Shown piece after piece: positions 60,283-64,000 of a stretch of DNA of 64,000 bases. This DNA is from an uncultured Acidobacteriota bacterium (GTDB lineage Bacteria; Acidobacteriota; Vicinamibacteria; Vicinamibacterales; CAVVIG01). The notes under the pieces were generated by a model. The model ran no database searches and was not told the origin of the DNA. It saw nothing but the letters and a program-made list of their open reading frames with translations. Position numbers and translations under genes: made by a program. The stretch spans positions 713,695 to 777,694 of the forward strand of contig CAVQFD010000005.1 of the NCBI GenBank assembly GCA_963711795.1. The letters are read 5' to 3'. How positions within the stretch are numbered: position 1 is the first letter of the stretch; each line of letters starts with the position of its first letter.

Positions 60283-60919
60283 CCTGGCTGGCCAGCAGAC
60301 CGCGGCCGGTATCGCTCTCGCGCTGACCCTCGCCTGTTCGCACACCCCGAGCGCCGGATTCTGGTTTCAGCGCGACGACCTGAGGCTCCCGGGTGTTGTG
60401 GCCGACCGCATCGGCGGGCCGCTCACGCGCGATGAGCTGCTCTCAATACAGCAGCTCGCGCGTGCCGAGGTCGAACGCGCGTTCGAAGGGTTGGCGATTA
60501 CCGTGACGTCGGATGAAGGGTCATTCTGGCGCGTCGTCGTGGTCGAAACGTTGCCGGCCAGCCGGAACTCGCAGACACCGCGCGCGGGCGAGTCGCTCGC
60601 CATGGGGTTTCTCGGCGGGTCCGGTGCCGTGGGCTTCGACTTCGTCGCCGCACAAGCCGCGTCCTTCGCGGGCCCCGACGAGACGCGGCCCTCGATCGTC
60701 GCTGCAATCGGGCGCGGAGTCGGCCGGGTAGCCGTTCACGAGTTCATGCACCAGATGCTCGGGACTTCCATCGGCCACAACGATGCCGATCCCGACAGCT
60801 ACGAACACGGCCGCCCCGATCGCCGATCGCAGTACTACGGCGAGCTGCGCTGGACGACCGCACGGCCCCTGCTGGAGCAGAGATTCGGCGTGCGTCGAAC
60901 CCTGAACCTTGAACCCTGA
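60257..60919 (+). CDS. Putative lipoprotein with an HExxH zinc-metallopeptidase-like motif
   Basis: Lipobox ALTLAC. The motif is VAVHEFMHQMLG. The 3' end runs into a GAACCTTGAAC repeat. Confidence 0.5.
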   Translation: MHWLMVKPSLAGQQTAAGIALALTLACSHTPSAGFWFQRDDLRLPGVVADRIGGPLTRDELLSIQQLARAEVERAFEGLAITVTSDEGSFWRVVVVETLPASRNSQTPRAGESLAMGFLGGSGAVGFDFVAAQAASFAGPDETRPSIVAAIGRGVGRVAVHEFMHQMLGTSIGHNDADPDSYEHGRPDRRSQYYGELRWTTARPLLEQRFGVRRTLNLEP

Positions 60920-60945
60920 ACCTTGAACCTTGAACCTTGAACTGA
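60898..60945. repeat. GAACCTTGAAC word repeat, one arm only
   Basis: Sequence is gaaccctgaaccttgaaccctgaaccttgaaccttgaaccttgaac. Confidence 0.6.
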
Positions 60946-60984
60946 CGCCGAACCGAGCACCGCTTCGTTCAAGCGCCAGTGCGC

Positions 60985-61413
60985 TTAGTCATCCAGGAGC
61001 GCAAACGCCACGACCATCAGCCCGAAGAACACGCCGGCCCCGACGCCCGCGCCGACCAGCACAGCCTGCGCGACGTTGGTGCCGTTGCGCTTTGTGATTT
61101 CCAGTTGCCGGATCGCGTCGAAGCGGATCTCGCGCGGCGGCTCAGGCACACGCGTCCTGGGGCTGACGGTGATCGCCTCGTCTCCGACGGCCAGAAGCGT
61201 CCCCGTGAAGCGTCCCGTCGAACCCGTGCTGACGCGGACGTTCGTGCCCACCGGCAGCTGCTGCGCGTACTTGCGCCAGAGCTCGGGCGCGGAGTTGGGC
61301 TGGGGAGCGGGCACTGCGGTGTCGACGATGGATGTGCGGGATGCCGCGGGTCCGCGCGCGGCACAGTTCGCGCTCATGGCGGCAAGCAACAGAAGAGCAA
61401 TAGCTCGTTTCAT
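60985..61413 (-). CDS. Hypothetical lipoprotein with a C-terminal Gly-rich TM helix
   Basis: MKRAIALLLLAAMSANC ... VLVGAGVGAGVFFGLMVVAFALL. Confidence 0.55.
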   Translation of the reverse strand: MKRAIALLLLAAMSANCAARGPAASRTSIVDTAVPAPQPNSAPELWRKYAQQLPVGTNVRVSTGSTGRFTGTLLAVGDEAITVSPRTRVPEPPREIRFDAIRQLEITKRNGTNVAQAVLVGAGVGAGVFFGLMVVAFALLDD

Positions 61414-61431
61414 GACTCTCTCCTCGAAGCG

Positions 61432-62115
61432 TCAGAAGTCCACGCCGGCGCCAAGCTTCCACACGACGTGATGGACGCCGCTGCGGATCTGCACTTTCAG
61501 ATCGGTGCGAAAGAACGTGCGCTCGTTGAAGTAGGCCTTGAAGCCGACCGACCCGAAGGGCACGGCATCGTGGGTGATGGTTTGCTGGTGCAGCGCGGGT
61601 ACCCGCACGGGCGGCGGCGCAGGTCCCGGTCCGCTGGGGTAAGCGAACTGAGCAGGGCGATCGATCTCGTGCTCGGTCCGCACGTAGTCCACGCCCGCAC
61701 CGACCCAGGGATGGAACATCGCATTCCTGCCGAATTGCCAGAGCTGGGCCACGCCGAACTGCCGCGTCGAGACACGGCTCGTGTGGGGAATCCAGCCGAT
61801 TTGGCCAGCCGGTCCGTAGACTACGGTGCTGCCGTAGCTCTGGCCCTCGCTCGTCCAGAGCGCCTCGACCTCGGTCTTGAGGTGGTCGGTCCAGTAGTAG
61901 CCGGCGCTGACGTCGAAGAGCGCCGTATTGATCCAGTGGTCGTAGTCGGGTTGCGTGCCCGGTGGATCGACCTCGTCTGAATCCAGGCTGAACAGCCCGG
62001 TGTAGACCGCGACGTCGCCACGGGCGACGGGGCCGGTTATGACTTGTCCGGACGCTGGCGGAAGCCCCGCCCCCAGGAGCGCGACGGCAAGGGCCAGTGC
62101 CACTCGAACGTGCAT
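61432..62115 (-). CDS. Outer-membrane beta-barrel protein
   Basis: Signal peptide is MHVRVALALAVALLGAGLPPASGQ. Alternating amphipathic strands are present. The C-terminus is VWKLGAGVDF. Confidence 0.65.
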   Translation of the reverse strand: MHVRVALALAVALLGAGLPPASGQVITGPVARGDVAVYTGLFSLDSDEVDPPGTQPDYDHWINTALFDVSAGYYWTDHLKTEVEALWTSEGQSYGSTVVYGPAGQIGWIPHTSRVSTRQFGVAQLWQFGRNAMFHPWVGAGVDYVRTEHEIDRPAQFAYPSGPGPAPPPVRVPALHQQTITHDAVPFGSVGFKAYFNERTFFRTDLKVQIRSGVHHVVWKLGAGVDF

Positions 62116-62174
62116 GGGATTCCCCCTCGATCCCCCATGCGAAATTCAGCGTCCGATCGGCTCACTTGGCAAAA

Positions 62175-62244
62175 GGGCAGGCGGGGCAGGCGGGGCGGGC
62201 AAGGCAGGAGGGCAAGGCAGGCTGGGTAGGCGGGTAGGTAGGGC
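62175..62244 (+). repeat. G-rich word repeat (GGGCAGGCG / GGCAAGGCAGG / GGTAGG)
   Basis: gggcaggcggggcaggcggggcgggcaaggcaggagggcaaggcaggctgggtaggcgggtaggtaggg. Confidence 0.6.
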
Positions 62245-62247
62245 TGG

Positions 62248-63546
62248 CTACCAACGAATCGCGCCTGTAAGGAGCGCCGTCAGGGTCATCACCAGCGTCA
62301 CGCCGAAGGCGTACGGAATGGTCCGCCGCTGGTGGTCCGCCAGGTCCACCTGGGCCAGCCCGACGAGCAGGAATGTCGCGGGCGTGAGCGGGCTCACCGG
62401 GAATCCCGTCGTCATCTGCCCCAGCAGCGCCGCCCGGGCCACCTCGATGCCGGATCCTCCCGCCGCTTCCGCAGCGGTCGAGAGAACGGGCAGCACACCG
62501 AAGTAGAACGAGTCGGGATCGAACATCAGGCTGAGCGGCATCGAGGCCACAGCGACGACCACGGCGAGGTGTTCCTGGATCGAGAGGGGCAGCGCACCGG
62601 CGACGTCCCTGGCCATGGCCGTCAGCATGCCGGTCTTCGTCATGATTCCCGCGAAGAGGCCGGCGGCGAGCACGGTCGTGACCATCACCATGGCCGCGCT
62701 GCCATGCGCTGTCAGCCGCTCCTGTTGCTCGCGAGCCGACGGAAAGTTCACCACGAGCGCCACGGCACACGCGATCAGGAAGACGACCGGCAGCGGCAGC
62801 AGTTCGATCACGAGCGCCGCAATGGCCGCCAGCGTCAGCACCAGGTTGAACCACCATCTGCCGCCGGAGCCTGCTGCGACCACGACGTCTCGATCGCCGG
62901 CGCTCTCGGCATGCGTCAGTCCAGTGTGTTCACCCGCCAGCCGGCGCCGTTCCCTGTAACCCATGATCGCAGCGAAGGCGAACACGGCGATCATGCCTGC
63001 CACTGTCGCAGCCGCCAGCGGTGCGAAGACCTGGCTGACGTCCACCTGCAACACGGTCGCGGCCCGGCTGGCCGGACCGCCCCACGGCAGGATGTTCATC
63101 GTGCCGGCTGCAAGCGCCGTCGTGCAAGTGAGCACCAGCGGATCCATCCCCAGCCGCGTGTAGAGCGGCAGCATCGCCGGCACGGTCACCATGAACGTGC
63201 TCGCGCCGGCCCCGTCGAGGTGCGCAATCGAGGCGATGGCGGCCGTGCCGACCACGACCTTCAGCGGATCGCGGCCGACGAGCGCGGTCACGCGGCGGAT
63301 CAGCGGATCGAACAGCCCGGCGTCGTGCATCACGCCGAAGAACAGGACCGCGAACGCCAGAAGCGCTGCCGTCGGCGCAACGCTGCGCATGCCCTCCATC
63401 GCGAATGCGCCCAGGTCGCCGGCGAATCCGCCCGCGAGCGCCGCCGCGACAGGCACGACAGTGAGCGCGACGAGCACTGATGTGATGCGAAAGAGGATCA
63501 GCGTGAGCAGGAGGGCGATGGTGGCGACGCCGAGGAAGGTGAGCAA
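62248..63546 (-). CDS. CitMHS-family citrate/divalent-cation:H+ symporter
   Basis: TTG 63546 gives MLTFLGVATIALLLTLILFRITSVLVALTVVP...GVMHDAGLFDP...NILPWGGP. The product is ~433 aa, typical for the family. The upstream part of the listed ORF is non-coding-like. Confidence 0.8.
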   Translation of the reverse strand: MLTFLGVATIALLLTLILFRITSVLVALTVVPVAAALAGGFAGDLGAFAMEGMRSVAPTAALLAFAVLFFGVMHDAGLFDPLIRRVTALVGRDPLKVVVGTAAIASIAHLDGAGASTFMVTVPAMLPLYTRLGMDPLVLTCTTALAAGTMNILPWGGPASRAATVLQVDVSQVFAPLAAATVAGMIAVFAFAAIMGYRERRRLAGEHTGLTHAESAGDRDVVVAAGSGGRWWFNLVLTLAAIAALVIELLPLPVVFLIACAVALVVNFPSAREQQERLTAHGSAAMVMVTTVLAAGLFAGIMTKTGMLTAMARDVAGALPLSIQEHLAVVVAVASMPLSLMFDPDSFYFGVLPVLSTAAEAAGGSGIEVARAALLGQMTTGFPVSPLTPATFLLVGLAQVDLADHQRRTIPYAFGVTLVMTLTALLTGAIRW

Positions 63547-63551
63547 CGATC

Positions 63552-64000
63552 TTACCGCGCGCAGAGCGCCGCGGCGGTTTGCCGTGCGGCAGGCGTCGCG
63601 TCGGCGTTCCGTGGAAGCAGCGCGCTCGCTGACGCCTCGGCCACGAGACGATCGGCGTCTGCCCTGAGCAGATACCGGTTGCTCAATAGCGAATCGGCGG
63701 CCCGCCTGACGGCGCAGACGTAGCCGTCCTGCGTGCCGTAGCGCTCCTCGATGGACGGCCGCGGGTCGCCGGAGGCCTGGCGCTCGGCGCGGGTTGCGGC
63801 AAATGGCACGTAACCACCCTGGAAGCCGCAAATCTGGCCTTTGAAGAAGCCTGACTTCTGGACGTTCCACCCGAGATATGTGCCGAGCGGCGCCTGGTGC
63901 AGCGCCGAAGCGATGCCCGATGTTTCGTTGCCGTCGGCGTTGACCCGAGGGACGAGCGTCGGCAGCACCTGCGTGATCCGCGGTGGCTGCTTCGCGATGA
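63552..64000 (-). CDS. C-terminal part of an alpha/beta-hydrolase-domain protein; 5' end beyond the window
   Basis: ...LPTLVPRVNADGNETSGIASALHQAPLGTYLGWNV...GGYVPFAATRAERQASGDPRPSIEERY. The frame is open to position 64000. Confidence 0.55.
   Translation of the reverse strand, partial: IAKQPPRITQVLPTLVPRVNADGNETSGIASALHQAPLGTYLGWNVQKSGFFKGQICGFQGGYVPFAATRAERQASGDPRPSIEERYGTQDGYVCAVRRAADSLLSNRYLLRADADRLVAEASASALLPRNADATPAARQTAAALCAR

Overview
High-GC (~65-70%) bacterial chromosomal window. Gene content suggests a soil Acidobacteriota- or Gemmatimonadota-like organism, but taxonomy cannot be proven from sequence alone. Left to right: (1) ABC exporter, GT4 glycosyltransferase, aldehyde dehydrogenase, HemN-like radical SAM, thioesterase and PaaK/LuxE-like ligase, with a two-gene effector-associated-domain (EAD) module lying among them. 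(2) Transporters, Lrp and an AceE-like E1. (3) TlpA, CHRD and a quinohemoprotein. (4) The ATP-grasp / alpha-E / transglutaminase operon. (5) An orphan pilin, then gltBD and tadA. (6) A selenium locus: three in-frame-UGA selenoproteins, Sec-containing selD, selB, selA and tRNA-Sec. (7) Abutting tRNA-Sec, a tyrosine integrase-Xis-RHH operon followed by an integron-like array of 12 attC sites. The array carries a TA cassette, an IS3 remnant, and a duplicated non-coding cassette holding a copy of the tRNA-Sec 3' end plus ~62-nt tandem hairpins. (8) Detoxification-type enzymes, outer-membrane proteins and a CitMHS transporter. Two window-wide features stand out. Many intergenic spacers are hairpins built from short repeated words. 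Roughly 50 single-base frame disruptions break otherwise clean genes, from either assembly indels or pseudogenisation. All coordinates come from manual reading of the sequence and ORF track; frameshift positions are approximate.
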